Of a stretch of 64,000 nucleotides of DNA, positions 37,089 to 47,667 are shown piece after piece. The DNA comes from Candidatus Altimarinota bacterium (lineage in GTDB: Bacteria; Patescibacteriota; Gracilibacteria; UBA1369), in NCBI GenBank assembly GCA_963677745.1, contig OY782391.1, positions 288,001 through 352,000 on the forward strand, in the 5' to 3' direction. The stretch's first letter is position 1, and each line of letters starts with the position of its first letter. Both the position numbers and the translations under genes were made by a program. A model generated the notes under the pieces. The model saw only the letters and a program-made list of their open reading frames with translations, did not search any database and had not been told where the DNA came from.

Positions 37089-37492
37089 TCCATCCAGACG
37101 GGCAAAGTGATATAAGGTGCAAAAATCACAATCAACACCAGAAAAACAATACCCGCTAACATCAGGATTTTTTGTTTTGCAGTGCCCTGCCTGATGATTC
37201 CGCCAAAATAAACCTTCACAATAAACACAGCCATCAAAGCGCCCCACCCTATGCCCAGATAATTCCACCAGGGATGCCTCACCGGCAAGATGGCCAGAAT
37301 AATGGCATACAGTCCCAGCAAAATCGCCAGCGCCAGATCCATATCCTGCCGCTTCACCGCCCGGCGGAACAGTATGATACCATTGGCAAAATTCACCACC
37401 ACCGCCAGCATCACCAGCACAAACAGCGCCAGCAGCAGATTATGAATCATCAATTGAACGACCTGTTCAGACATCTGCCGGAAAATAATCAT
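37070..37492 (-). CDS. Hypothetical membrane protein
   Basis: Four hydrophobic helices. Confidence 0.65.
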   Translation of the reverse strand: MIIFRQMSEQVVQLMIHNLLLALFVLVMLAVVVNFANGIILFRRAVKRQDMDLALAILLGLYAIILAILPVRHPWWNYLGIGWGALMAVFIVKVYFGGIIRQGTAKQKILMLAGIVFLVLIVIFAPYITLPVWMDYIPAV

Positions 37493-37547
37493 TGTACTGA
37501 TTCTATCATACCAATGGTATTATTTTTTCTGAAATAATATATTTTTC

Positions 37548-38060
37548 ATGCCCAAGCCTTTCCTCATTTCTTTCGCCGGCCCGATCGGCAGTTCCAAAAC
37601 GCCGATCGCCCACTACCTGAGCTGTGCTCTGGAACTGCCGGTTTTCGACAACGACGCCATCCGCTCGGAAGTGGCCGAAGACTGCGGACATTTCGACGAG
37701 ACCGAATATCTGAAAAGACGTGACACCCGCCTGCGGAAACTTCTAAAAGAAAAAAAATCCTTCATCTATTCGACCAGCGTGGACCGCGCCTGGAGCAAAT
37801 ACCGCGGGGAAATTCTGGACAAACACAATTACAGAACCTTTCTGATCAGCATCAACATCAGCAAAACCCGCCTCAAAAAACTCTGCCTGACCAAAAACTA
37901 TCACGAAACATTGAAAAATATTGACGAAAATTACCACGACCATCTGAAATTCCTGAAAGAACATCAAAAAGACATCAATCTGCACATTACCGACGCCACC
38001 TTCCCCAACCGTCTGGAAATCAGTCTCCAGGCCGTCAAGAAATGGCTAGCCAAAGGCTAA
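37548..38060 (+). CDS. P-loop kinase (AAA_33-like)
   Basis: LISFAGPIGSSKTPIA..L...DNDAIRSE (variant Walker A). Confidence 0.7.
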   Translation: MPKPFLISFAGPIGSSKTPIAHYLSCALELPVFDNDAIRSEVAEDCGHFDETEYLKRRDTRLRKLLKEKKSFIYSTSVDRAWSKYRGEILDKHNYRTFLISINISKTRLKKLCLTKNYHETLKNIDENYHDHLKFLKEHQKDINLHITDATFPNRLEISLQAVKKWLAKG

Positions 38061-38152
38061 AAGCCCGTTTTTTCATCTTTCAGCCCGACCCCCCTGGAAA
38101 CATTGACAAACACTATCTAAAGTGCTTTAATACGCTCTATTTTTGATTTATC

Positions 38153-41100
38153 ATGATTCTCACTACCTCACCGCTGTCGGATCAATCAGAACAGGCGGAA
38201 CAATCAGACCTCCTGAAACCAAACACTACGCCCGATATCCCCGGGTTTACCGATGTTTATTCGCAACAAGCCAGGGAAAAGGCCTGGAAAAACGTCCTGG
38301 AAGTGGCCGGCACACTGACTCCCGGCAAAACCATGGCACTGATGGAAGACCGGTTCGCGCCATATTGCATCCCGCTGATCGGAACTTTCACAGCTGAGGA
38401 TATTGATCAAAAATTACCGGAATTTGCCCATCAAATCCTCCATGAGTTTCAGCATGAGCTGATTTTTTCTCTGCTGGACAACCGGTTGTATCAGTCCCAA
38501 AAAAACGGCTCTTGTTTTGTCTTATGGGCCAAGAACCTGCTGGAAAACACAGCTGTCCCCCCCACACTATACAAGAACTGGAAAGCCGGATTTCCGGATG
38601 ATTTCCAAACCAATCTGGTTATTTTTCTGCAATATCTGGAAGCCAGCCACATCAATTATGACCCCAATTATTTTATCGAAACGGTCAATCAGGTGGACCG
38701 GGATTTAAGTCCATATCTGACCAACCGTCTTCAGGGAGACAGCCTTTATCTAAAAGTCATGTCGGCCGCTGCTCTGCAAAGACAGGAGATAGAAAAAACC
38801 CAGGTGCTTTTTGGCAATAATGCCTGGGTCATGCACCCCTTTACCGATGTGATTTTGGAAATGATTCAGGCAGCCTACCCCGGGCAAAAACTGATGACCG
38901 GACACCCCCAGACCATCCTGGATTATCCGGAAGAAGTCCACCAGGCTTACCTGCGGGACATGGGCAGAATTTTCGACCGACATCCCGAATTGACCCGTCC
39001 CGCTGATATCCCCGTAAATGTGGCAGGTGACTTTGAAGATCCCCTGAGAATCGGCAAACAATATTGGGAAATCCTGGCCTCTACTCCCCTGCCTCCGGAA
39101 ATAATCAATAACCCGTCCACCGCCAAAAAATACATGAACCGTCAGGGATCGATTGAAAAAATCGGCAACAATGTCTTCCATCAGTGGGGAACTACGCTGG
39201 TAAAAAACCTGCCGGACAAACGTGCCGATGGCACCGTTATCAACTATACCAGCGACAAAAACATCAGGTTTTACACCGAATATCAGTCCAGGATGAGACA
39301 GCTTCCGCTGTTCCTGGGCATCGACGTGTTCCTTGATATGTACAGACATTGTACCGGCCTGAAGAAGACCCAGTTTTTCCGCGCTCAAGTAGCCCCGATT
39401 CTGGATTCAGACCCGTCGGGAGTCAGCCTTTACAAATTTTTTAACAATTACAACTGTGATCCGGATTTCCGCCGCGATTTGCTCGGACTCTTGAAACACA
39501 AGGAAAAGTATCTTGACCATTTCATTTCATTGGCCGGAAATGCCCGGATCCCCCGACTGGCTGCCTTTGCCATGAAAGTACTGGCCGATTATTGCGGCTC
39601 CAGCTTTCCCCCTCCAAATTCCGACGGTCTCCTGATACCGGTTGTGGAAAAAACAAATCCACGACTGAAAAATGTAATCAGAAAATTGTTTCCTGATGAA
39701 GAATCCCTTCATGACCAGGTACTGGCCGAAAATTTCATGGTATTCACTTATTTTGTTTACGCCAACAATTTCACCTATAGCCACAACCAGACATCCAACG
39801 GTATAACGAAAAACCCCATTCTCATGTCGAGCAGGGGTGAGGTAACTCCTTATCAGAAAGAACAACTGTATATCCGTCTCTTCACCACCATTCTGAACCG
39901 CAGGGAATTTTTGGATAAATTTATTCTGGAAGAACTGAGAACAAAAGGACTGACCTATCTGGCAGTTGGATTAAAAGAACGCCTGGCCGCCTTACCCGTC
40001 CTGGCCAGACAGAGCGAAGAACATCTGGGAACTATCCGGCTGCGACTGGCTTCTCCCAAAAGAGCCGGACAAGAAACTTTTGAACTTCTAAAAAAGATCG
40101 ACCGGTCCAATCAACCGGATTTCGATAAAAGTGAAAATTTCGTCCGGAACTGTCCTCCTGCTCCCTGCCCCCTGAATTGCGTAATTAGCGTCGACCTGAC
40201 CGGAAACCCCGGTGAAGACTTTTATGTCGTAATCGGCAACACCACTCCGCAAATTATCCCTCCGGTCGACTTTCCAATGCATCTGATCAGACCACGGCTG
40301 GTATCCGACGCAGTACTGCTGGAAAACATCACCCACAATCTGCCCGACGGAGAATCCGACAAAATCCCCGATGAAATAAAGGCAATTATTTACCGGCTTT
40401 TCATCTGTGCCGTCTACACCTACCTGCTGGAAAATCACAGTGATTTATTGGTACCTCCGTCCGACTCCACTCCACCGGCCATCCTGCCCGGAACTCCGGC
40501 CGCAGCCGCATTGCCTGACTCCGCCCAAGCAATTCCTCCCGTCCCGGACCGGCGGCGTCCCAAAAAGAAAGACGACAAGGACACGCTGCTGACTGTGGAT
40601 ATGCGTGATGACCAACAGGAGGAAAGAAGCCGTATGTCCACGCGCATCAACGCCAGACTTACCGAAAACCAGGAGAATCTGCTTAAATTCCTAAACGGCC
40701 AACTGCCTGCGGATGAACTCCCCAATCTGGTTGTACACCGCCAGCTGCCCGGCATGGAGGAAAAACAGTTCGTTTATCAAAGAATCAAACCGGAAGATCT
40801 GCCCGCCATGCTGGCCGCAGGAACACTGTTCGGACCTGATATTCATATTCTGGTTGGAACGCCCTACCTCTGCGCCCAGGGTTATCTGGGACAAAAAAAC
40901 CTGCCGCTCCGGCAAAGTATTTACCGCATCTCCCGCGACACCAGAACCCTCAATGCCGAAATGGCCTATTATGACTATTACCAAAAATCCGGACTGCCCG
41001 ATCTGGGACCACTACACAGCGTGGATGCCGTCTTGCGCCTGCGTGAAAACGCCGACCCCGGACAAAACGGCGACTGCGCCTCGATTAAATACAGCGATCA

Positions 41101-42217
41101 TCTGGGCAAAGAGCATGAAGTAGTGGGAAAAGTTTCCCGGCCCGATCCGGCCATCCATATCATGCAGAGACTGCAGAACGACGGCTATATGGATCATTGG
41201 ATACAATCACAAAAACGTGTACTGGAACAGGAAATACTCGCCGCCCAAAACGACACCCGCCTGACCGACGAACAGAAAAAGCTGGAAACCACCATTAGAA
41301 CAAAAGAGCTGGAAAGTCTGGAAGAACTTAAATTAAAGCTGCTCTACAACACCCGTCTGTTGCCCGACAAAATCCGCGGGGAAACAGGCTCCTCCATCCA
41401 GATCGGTTTGGGTTGGGTGGAAACAGATATTTCTTTTAACCAGGGAACTTATATCAGTATGGAAGAATTTCTGATCGCCCATGCCGACCAGTTCCCGCTG
41501 CTGACAGACTTTATTAAAATTCCTGCGGAATGTCCCGAGCAGAAACGGCCAAAAACCACACTGGAACTGGAAAAACAGGATATTATCCGTGAAATTCATT
41601 CTTTGGCCGAGCTGGTTACCTATCAGAAATACAAGGATATCTTCGGGCAGAAAACCGACGCCGCCAATGGCAACGGCAATGGTAATGGGAATGGAAACGG
41701 GAACGGACAAGCGGTAAAAAATTCGGCCGACAGCCGTCAGAAAACGATGCTGGCCTGCGAGGCCCATTTGTCGGCGCTCATCACACTTTACAAAGACCTC
41801 CAGCCGGTCATGGACCGGGTGCTGGTCGGCTCGAAAAGTTTTGATCTGCTGACCATCCGCGGCGACCAGGCTTTCCTGTGGGAGGTAAAAAGCATTAATA
41901 CCGGCGACCGCAACGAAGATAAACAATTGCGCGCCGCCCTCGGCCAGCTGCCTGAATATCAGTTCTTCGGCATCGAAAACCGTCCGGAAATAAATTCGGG
42001 AATCACCACCGTCACCAAGGCCGTTTTACTTAGTGAAAAACCCCAAATGCTCAGTAATGGCAGCAACCAGACCGCCCAAAATTACCTGAAGTTTCTGGAA
42101 AACCAGCTGGGCATATTCACTTTTTGGCTGGAGGAAGGCCGCCTAAACGGATCACCCGCGGCCATGGAAAAGCTGAAAAATTTTCTACTGCCTGACCAAT
42201 CCGCCCCACCCGAATGA
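38153..42217 (+). CDS. Large hypothetical protein with C-terminal PD-(D/E)XK-like nuclease domain
   Basis: 1354 aa; FDLL...LWEVKS...QLRAALGQLPEY near the C-terminus, after an (NG)n linker. Confidence 0.7.
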   Translation: MILTTSPLSDQSEQAEQSDLLKPNTTPDIPGFTDVYSQQAREKAWKNVLEVAGTLTPGKTMALMEDRFAPYCIPLIGTFTAEDIDQKLPEFAHQILHEFQHELIFSLLDNRLYQSQKNGSCFVLWAKNLLENTAVPPTLYKNWKAGFPDDFQTNLVIFLQYLEASHINYDPNYFIETVNQVDRDLSPYLTNRLQGDSLYLKVMSAAALQRQEIEKTQVLFGNNAWVMHPFTDVILEMIQAAYPGQKLMTGHPQTILDYPEEVHQAYLRDMGRIFDRHPELTRPADIPVNVAGDFEDPLRIGKQYWEILASTPLPPEIINNPSTAKKYMNRQGSIEKIGNNVFHQWGTTLVKNLPDKRADGTVINYTSDKNIRFYTEYQSRMRQLPLFLGIDVFLDMYRHCTGLKKTQFFRAQVAPILDSDPSGVSLYKFFNNYNCDPDFRRDLLGLLKHKEKYLDHFISLAGNARIPRLAAFAMKVLADYCGSSFPPPNSDGLLIPVVEKTNPRLKNVIRKLFPDEESLHDQVLAENFMVFTYFVYANNFTYSHNQTSNGITKNPILMSSRGEVTPYQKEQLYIRLFTTILNRREFLDKFILEELRTKGLTYLAVGLKERLAALPVLARQSEEHLGTIRLRLASPKRAGQETFELLKKIDRSNQPDFDKSENFVRNCPPAPCPLNCVISVDLTGNPGEDFYVVIGNTTPQIIPPVDFPMHLIRPRLVSDAVLLENITHNLPDGESDKIPDEIKAIIYRLFICAVYTYLLENHSDLLVPPSDSTPPAILPGTPAAAALPDSAQAIPPVPDRRRPKKKDDKDTLLTVDMRDDQQEERSRMSTRINARLTENQENLLKFLNGQLPADELPNLVVHRQLPGMEEKQFVYQRIKPEDLPAMLAAGTLFGPDIHILVGTPYLCAQGYLGQKNLPLRQSIYRISRDTRTLNAEMAYYDYYQKSGLPDLGPLHSVDAVLRLRENADPGQNGDCASIKYSDHLGKEHEVVGKVSRPDPAIHIMQRLQNDGYMDHWIQSQKRVLEQEILAAQNDTRLTDEQKKLETTIRTKELESLEELKLKLLYNTRLLPDKIRGETGSSIQIGLGWVETDISFNQGTYISMEEFLIAHADQFPLLTDFIKIPAECPEQKRPKTTLELEKQDIIREIHSLAELVTYQKYKDIFGQKTDAANGNGNGNGNGNGNGQAVKNSADSRQKTMLACEAHLSALITLYKDLQPVMDRVLVGSKSFDLLTIRGDQAFLWEVKSINTGDRNEDKQLRAALGQLPEYQFFGIENRPEINSGITTVTKAVLLSEKPQMLSNGSNQTAQNYLKFLENQLGIFTFWLEEGRLNGSPAAMEKLKNFLLPDQSAPPE

Positions 42218-42254
42218 TCCCCCTCCTCCGAACCTCTCCCGTCAGAAAACGTTT

Positions 42255-42288
42255 AAAAAGAGCCCGGCGGTTACGCCGGGCTTTTTTC
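42255..42288. terminator. Bidirectional intrinsic terminator
   Basis: AAAAAGAGCCCGGCG-GTTA-CGCCGGGCTTTTTT between convergent genes. Confidence 0.85.
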
Positions 42289-42301
42289 ATATTTATAATT
42301 C

Positions 42302-45300
42302 CTAACTTGTTTCACCAACCACAATCATCTTGGCCGATTCGGCGCGTGTGACATTATTGGCCGGACCGCAGACACCGGTCGGATTGCCGCTGGCATCTTT
42401 ATATCCGCCGACAATTCCATGGGCTAAAGCAAAATTGAAATACGGAGCATACCATTCCGACTGAATCACATCGGTACAAGCGTTGTTGGCAGCCGCAGCA
42501 GCAACCTGTTCAGGGGTAACCCAGGTCAGCAAAATCATTTTGAGTGCCTCACTGCGAGTGGCATTGGCGGTAAGTTTGAAAGTACCATCGGTATAACCTC
42601 TGACAATTCCAAGCTCCTTGGCCTTGGCAATATAAGCCGCAGCCCAATGACCGGCAGGGACATCGCGGTATGGAGACACCGTAACCGCAGGAAGTACTCC
42701 ATATTTTACTTTCATCAACAAAACAATCAGTTCGGCACGCGTAATCCGATTTTCGGGTTTAAACTGATGAGTCGCATTGCCGCTGGCATCGGTATATCCA
42801 TCCACACCGGCCTGATGCAGTTCATTGATAAATGTCTCCGCCCAGTGACCGGCAACATCGTTAAAGAAAGCTGTTTCACCGGTAGTTTCCGTAGTCGTGT
42901 CGGTGGCAGTAGTGTCATTAACATTGTTTCCGGTGGTACCGGTACAGTTGGTACCGCTGCAGGACGCACGACCAAAGGCCGCCGACCCACCACCTCCGCC
43001 TCCACCTCCGCCGCCTCCGCCGGCACTGACAACCGTAAAGGCGAAGCTGTTGGTACCTGATAAAGCATTACCGGCCAAATCCTTGGCGGTGGTCAAAGTA
43101 ATAGTCACGGCAGATCCGGCCGTCCAGGCGACCGCATGGGTCAGCGTTACCGTCTTATTGGCATTGGACCATACCGGAGCAGCATAAACCTTACCGGTAC
43201 TGTCGGTGAAAGCAAAAGTAGCCGTATCGATAGCTTCACTGAAATTGATAACTACCGTTCCCGCCTGAGGCACACTCACGGCCCCATTGGCCGGTGCGCT
43301 GGAGGACATTGTGGGAGGAGTATTGTCTGCATCATATTCACTGAAACCGGTAACATCATACGTAAGAGTCTGAGCCAGGGCACTCCAAACGAAATTGGAA
43401 ACCGTACCATGCCCGCCGCTCAGCACATAGGAATCCAGCGGACCGGCAGTATTGGGAATATTTTCAATCACAGCACCCAGATCATCTTTCACCGTTAAAG
43501 CGGGTTGCACTGCCGTAGGCATACGCATCATCAGAGTGGCTCCATAGTCCAGAGCGTAAAGAGCCGAGCTGTCCACTCTCATCACAGTATTGGAAATTGT
43601 CACGTTGGTACCGAAAGCCGACAGCGCATTTACCGTCCCCATATCAGTCAGATTGACCGGATCGGTAAAGGTAAGTCTGCCATAATCATTCACACCATCA
43701 TTGGCATTGAAAGATAGTCCGACAATATTGGTGAAATCGATAATATCGGAAAAATCAGTCGTAAAAGCATTATTCAGATAGGTAAACGCCGGATCAAATT
43801 TCGGATTCACGTTGAATACCCCGACAAATGTGTCTGAGAGATTGCTTTCAGTAATATTCCCCGCATCATCAATTAACTGGAAATTCATCACGTAACCAGT
43901 CTGCTGGGAAGGCCAAGCTGAAAGATTGGCCAGGTCAAAATCAGAAGTTGAGGAAGTGGGGCTACCCACCGTCATAGGATCAGCTTTGGCAGGATTGGCA
44001 AAATCCCCGGTATTGCAAAGACTGTTCGGGGAATCATCTTCCATGGAAGTAAAACAGAGATTTACAGCCGCCAGAGGATTACCATCAACCTCAACGATAT
44101 TATTCACCTGCACTCTCACATGATCCTCTGCCGGACTGTCATAGTAATACCAAAGGTTGGTAGGCCAAGTGGTTGCCGCACCGGCCTGGGTGAGTGCCAC
44201 GACCGGAGTAAGCACAGTAAAGAGAGGTTTAATAGTATCAATCGTATAGTTGTTGGTGCCGGCGGTTGTCGTTACATTTCCCGCATCGTCAGTGACAGTC
44301 ACGGTAACGTTGTTGTTAATATCGTCCTGTGAGGTTAAAGCCAGAAAACTCGTATAAGTACTGGCACCGGGAAACGATCCGTTGCCTGCCGCAGGACTTC
44401 CCGAACCATCAAGATCCACAGTATTAAAATCGACCGAAGCAATATCATCATTGGCACCACTCAGATAATCAGCGCAACCTGCTGTGTTATCCCAGGTTGG
44501 CGTGGCAAAATCGCCATTGTTGAAAGCTCCACCCGTTCCATGCGCACCCGCAACAGAAATACAAGCAGTCGTCACAACCGGAGCCTGCGTATCAATATTA
44601 AATACGGCCGGAACACTCGGACCTTCCACGTTACCCGGTACATCCGTAGCCAAAGAACTTTCGACAGTAACCCCCACACTCTCCTCGTCAACATCGGTCA
44701 AATCAAAAGTTTCATACCAGATATTGGGACTGTTCCATAAACCATTGGTAATACCATCAGCATTGGACACAAAAGCCCCTACATTTCCGGCAAAAGTAAT
44801 CGTAGGAGTTGAAAGCGGATCCATCGGTTCGCTATAAATAACCGTAGCATCCTGTAACAAAGTTGTGTCATTGAGCAATACCGATCCACGATAGACATTT
44901 GCGATAGGAGCAGCCTCGTCATCAACAGTTGCAGCCACCCAATCCTGCGGCTGATTACTATTTACATCAATTACATTACCCAAATTAGTAAAACTCAAAG
45001 TGGGCGATACCGCACCACCGGTTTTGCCCGCATCGGCAGACACATCCAATCGCACATCAGACCCGACTGCCACACCAGCATAAGCATTGGTTATATTGAC
45101 ACTGCCCGGATTGGGAAAAGACCATTCCCCTCCGCCAATACCCGACATGTTTACAGGCTCGGTAAAACTGACATCAACGCGGTCTACCGTACCGTCGGAA
45201 GTTATATCTTTATAGTCATAATCAATCGGCACCGGATTCGCATAATCAAACATACCGGTAATGGTAAAATCGGCGGAATTATTAGGATGAGCACTGGAAT

Positions 45301-46807
45301 CAACAATGTTATTGCCCGCGGTAAAACTCAAGTCCGGTTCTGTTCCGGCAATACCTACTCCGGTAATATCCGCATTGGCAGTAGCATCCAAAGACACTTG
45401 ATCCTGATTTGTACAGCTACTACAACCGGTAACATCAAAACCTGTCAGATCATTTGGTGTCGCCGCCCAGTCAGTATCCTGATAGACATATGTCACTCGT
45501 TCGGAAAAAACCACCCCGACATAATCAACCTGTCCATCATTATCAGTATCAACATAATGTGCCCCAAGCATAATCGGAAGAGCAAAATCCGTAGCGGCAG
45601 TGGCCCCCCCCTCAATGGCAATGCGATTTCCTGCTGCATCTCCTAAACTCCCGTTGGCAGTAATCTGTACCGTGGGTGTAGCAGCAGAGTCACAACCACT
45701 ATTATTGACACGAACACATGAACCGGGATTTTCCAATAATTGAACCAGAAATTGATCATCGTTGGCCACTCCGGCGGTATCATAACCGGTAACCGTATAG
45801 CCCGGCACAGTTACTGTCAGCGTGGAAAAATTATCATTTAAATTTTGCGAGGCAAACATTCTGATCGCATCAATTTTACCATTGGCATCCTGATCTTCCG
45901 TATGCCGGGCCACAATCGTCGGGGTGATTGTATCAACGGCAAGCCCTTCTCCACCACCCAAATTATCATTAACCTGATCATTACCATGAACATCGCGGGC
46001 ACCAATAATACTATTTGCTAAAAGAGTTACTTCCTCATTGACATCGGCTACTGTAAAAAACGCCCGATAGGTGTTTTGGTCCATCCAATATGATGAACCT
46101 GTATTAGTCAGAGTACCTGAAGTAATGATGTTTGGAGTAAAACCAAAGACTGGAGGTAGCGGGCTCATATTATCCTCACTACCGGTAATCGGATTCGTAA
46201 AATCAACCGTGATATGAAATGTATCAACACCGACCAGTGCATCATTAATTAAAGTAGTACTCAAAGCAGACGGCACCACATCTGACACCGGAGCGGCTGT
46301 ATCCACCAATTCCGCCATATTGTTACTGAACCCAGACGCTGCGGCCGGATCATCGGAATCCGAAGCCGTTATCATAACTTTAGAAGACGGACTTCCGCCA
46401 GCCACATCAATTCCGCTGGCACCGGCATCGGCAATCATAAAAGTTGTTTCCCAAAGATCATTGACACCATTATTACAGGTATCCACCGCCAAAGCCTGCA
46501 TGAATGAACCTCCATAAGTTGTTAAATCAACAGTTACCGTTGGAACTGCAGTAGTACAATCACCATTTGCCACATTATCGGTATTGCTGATGTCCGCATC
46601 GATTTCTATGGTATCACCGATATTGGCAAAGGTATTTCCATCGGCATCAGTTAACAAAGTTAAGGAAACACTATTGACAGTGATACTCCCCGGTGCCGCC
46701 CTGGCCACCTCAATTCCGGTTGCATTTAAAACCAGACTGGCTGCCAGAACAATCAGTGAAAAAGGCACTAACGGTGTTCGCCGAAAGTGTCGGTGAAATA
46801 TTTTCAT
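42302..46807 (-). CDS. 1501-aa SLH-anchored acidic surface protein with Ig-like repeats
   Basis: Signal peptide, D.D.NG.ID Ca-binding-like motifs, Big_5 (VVINFSEAID), poly-Gly linker, three SLH repeats. Confidence 0.85.
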   Translation of the reverse strand: MKIFHRHFRRTPLVPFSLIVLAASLVLNATGIEVARAAPGSITVNSVSLTLLTDADGNTFANIGDTIEIDADISNTDNVANGDCTTAVPTVTVDLTTYGGSFMQALAVDTCNNGVNDLWETTFMIADAGASGIDVAGGSPSSKVMITASDSDDPAAASGFSNNMAELVDTAAPVSDVVPSALSTTLINDALVGVDTFHITVDFTNPITGSEDNMSPLPPVFGFTPNIITSGTLTNTGSSYWMDQNTYRAFFTVADVNEEVTLLANSIIGARDVHGNDQVNDNLGGGEGLAVDTITPTIVARHTEDQDANGKIDAIRMFASQNLNDNFSTLTVTVPGYTVTGYDTAGVANDDQFLVQLLENPGSCVRVNNSGCDSAATPTVQITANGSLGDAAGNRIAIEGGATAATDFALPIMLGAHYVDTDNDGQVDYVGVVFSERVTYVYQDTDWAATPNDLTGFDVTGCSSCTNQDQVSLDATANADITGVGIAGTEPDLSFTAGNNIVDSSAHPNNSADFTITGMFDYANPVPIDYDYKDITSDGTVDRVDVSFTEPVNMSGIGGGEWSFPNPGSVNITNAYAGVAVGSDVRLDVSADAGKTGGAVSPTLSFTNLGNVIDVNSNQPQDWVAATVDDEAAPIANVYRGSVLLNDTTLLQDATVIYSEPMDPLSTPTITFAGNVGAFVSNADGITNGLWNSPNIWYETFDLTDVDEESVGVTVESSLATDVPGNVEGPSVPAVFNIDTQAPVVTTACISVAGAHGTGGAFNNGDFATPTWDNTAGCADYLSGANDDIASVDFNTVDLDGSGSPAAGNGSFPGASTYTSFLALTSQDDINNNVTVTVTDDAGNVTTTAGTNNYTIDTIKPLFTVLTPVVALTQAGAATTWPTNLWYYYDSPAEDHVRVQVNNIVEVDGNPLAAVNLCFTSMEDDSPNSLCNTGDFANPAKADPMTVGSPTSSTSDFDLANLSAWPSQQTGYVMNFQLIDDAGNITESNLSDTFVGVFNVNPKFDPAFTYLNNAFTTDFSDIIDFTNIVGLSFNANDGVNDYGRLTFTDPVNLTDMGTVNALSAFGTNVTISNTVMRVDSSALYALDYGATLMMRMPTAVQPALTVKDDLGAVIENIPNTAGPLDSYVLSGGHGTVSNFVWSALAQTLTYDVTGFSEYDADNTPPTMSSSAPANGAVSVPQAGTVVINFSEAIDTATFAFTDSTGKVYAAPVWSNANKTVTLTHAVAWTAGSAVTITLTTAKDLAGNALSGTNSFAFTVVSAGGGGGGGGGGGGSAAFGRASCSGTNCTGTTGNNVNDTTATDTTTETTGETAFFNDVAGHWAETFINELHQAGVDGYTDASGNATHQFKPENRITRAELIVLLMKVKYGVLPAVTVSPYRDVPAGHWAAAYIAKAKELGIVRGYTDGTFKLTANATRSEALKMILLTWVTPEQVAAAAANNACTDVIQSEWYAPYFNFALAHGIVGGYKDASGNPTGVCGPANNVTRAESAKMIVVGETS

Positions 46808-46926
46808 AATTAAAAATTAAACTTTACTGCAAAAGAAAATACATCTTTATTACAAAATGTTCTTTAAAAATGCTTGCCCAATTTCCGTTTTAAAGCGTGC
46901 CTCCGATTAATCCGGTCCACCACAAT

Positions 46927-46959
46927 AAAAAGAAGCCATCCTTGCGGATGGCTTCTTTT
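46927..46959 (-). terminator. Intrinsic terminator of the large ncRNA
   Basis: Minus strand: AAAAGAAGCCATCC-GCAA-GGATGGCTTCTTTTT. Confidence 0.85.
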
Positions 46960-47546
46960 GTACCTAACTAAAACCTTACTCTGTCCCCTAAGATTTTTTA
47001 AGATTGTTCACAAAGTTGAATACAAGATAAGTTATATCTGGCTTTACAAGTGTATTTCCCTTGAAGCGACCCGACTTGCGTCAAGCGACCCAAGCTTAAT
47101 TGGTGATATTCAGACACGAACCTTGGTAAAGACTTTCTTCACCAGTATTTCATATAGATGATCTTACCTTGAACAGCGTTACCACTATTCTCGTTCAATC
47201 ACAGAATGTTTTCTTCCTTTCCTGTCTTTCGATAAGAAGGATCGTTAACACCCTCATAGAACCAACCAGTTCAAACACATTTCTTTTTTATTCATCCTTC
47301 GGGACTCCCCGAGAACGACATAAAAAAGGAACAATCCCTATTGAGCGTCCCTCATAACCCCTTTCGAAGTTACTTAAGCGAGCAAGACCGAAGTCTTACT
47401 TTAACAACAGGTTTTCTTAGAGAACCTACCCACTTTCGTGAGGAGGAAAGTTTATAGGAAGGGCCGAAAAACCATTTTATGGTCTCTCAACTCTTCCTAA
47501 AAGCTTTTTTTTGTGATGTCAAAGAACGGTTTCTCTTTTCAGTCTT
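46927..47546 (-). ncRNA. Large (~620 nt) structured non-coding RNA, family unassigned
   Basis: No credible ORF; own promoter, boxA and terminator; about 10 hairpins with GNRA/UUCG loops and G.U pairs that work only on the minus strand. Confidence 0.75.
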
Positions 47547-47581
47547 CATATCATTATACTACCGACAAACTAATATTGCAA
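47517..47581 (-). promoter_or_regulatory. Sigma70 promoter and boxA-like element of the large ncRNA
   Basis: TTGCAA (47581-47576)-17 nt-TATAAT (47558-47553); GTTCTTTGACA (47527-47517). Confidence 0.75.
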
Positions 47582-47667
47582 GAATAATCTTTTATCGTCT
47601 GCCTACTTACGATAAGATTTTGAACGAATGGTTTCTGTTATAAGATAGCAGTCGTAATCACCACCGT

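Noticed and set aside
46874-47357. Short ORFs 46874-47161 and 47169-47357
   Set aside because: Both have TTG starts and no motifs, and lie antisense to the structured RNA.
47435-47500. RNase P RNA on the plus strand (GAGGAAAGT at ~47443)
   Set aside because: The matching 3' P4 motif was not found, and promoter, tetraloops and G.U pairs all point to the minus strand.
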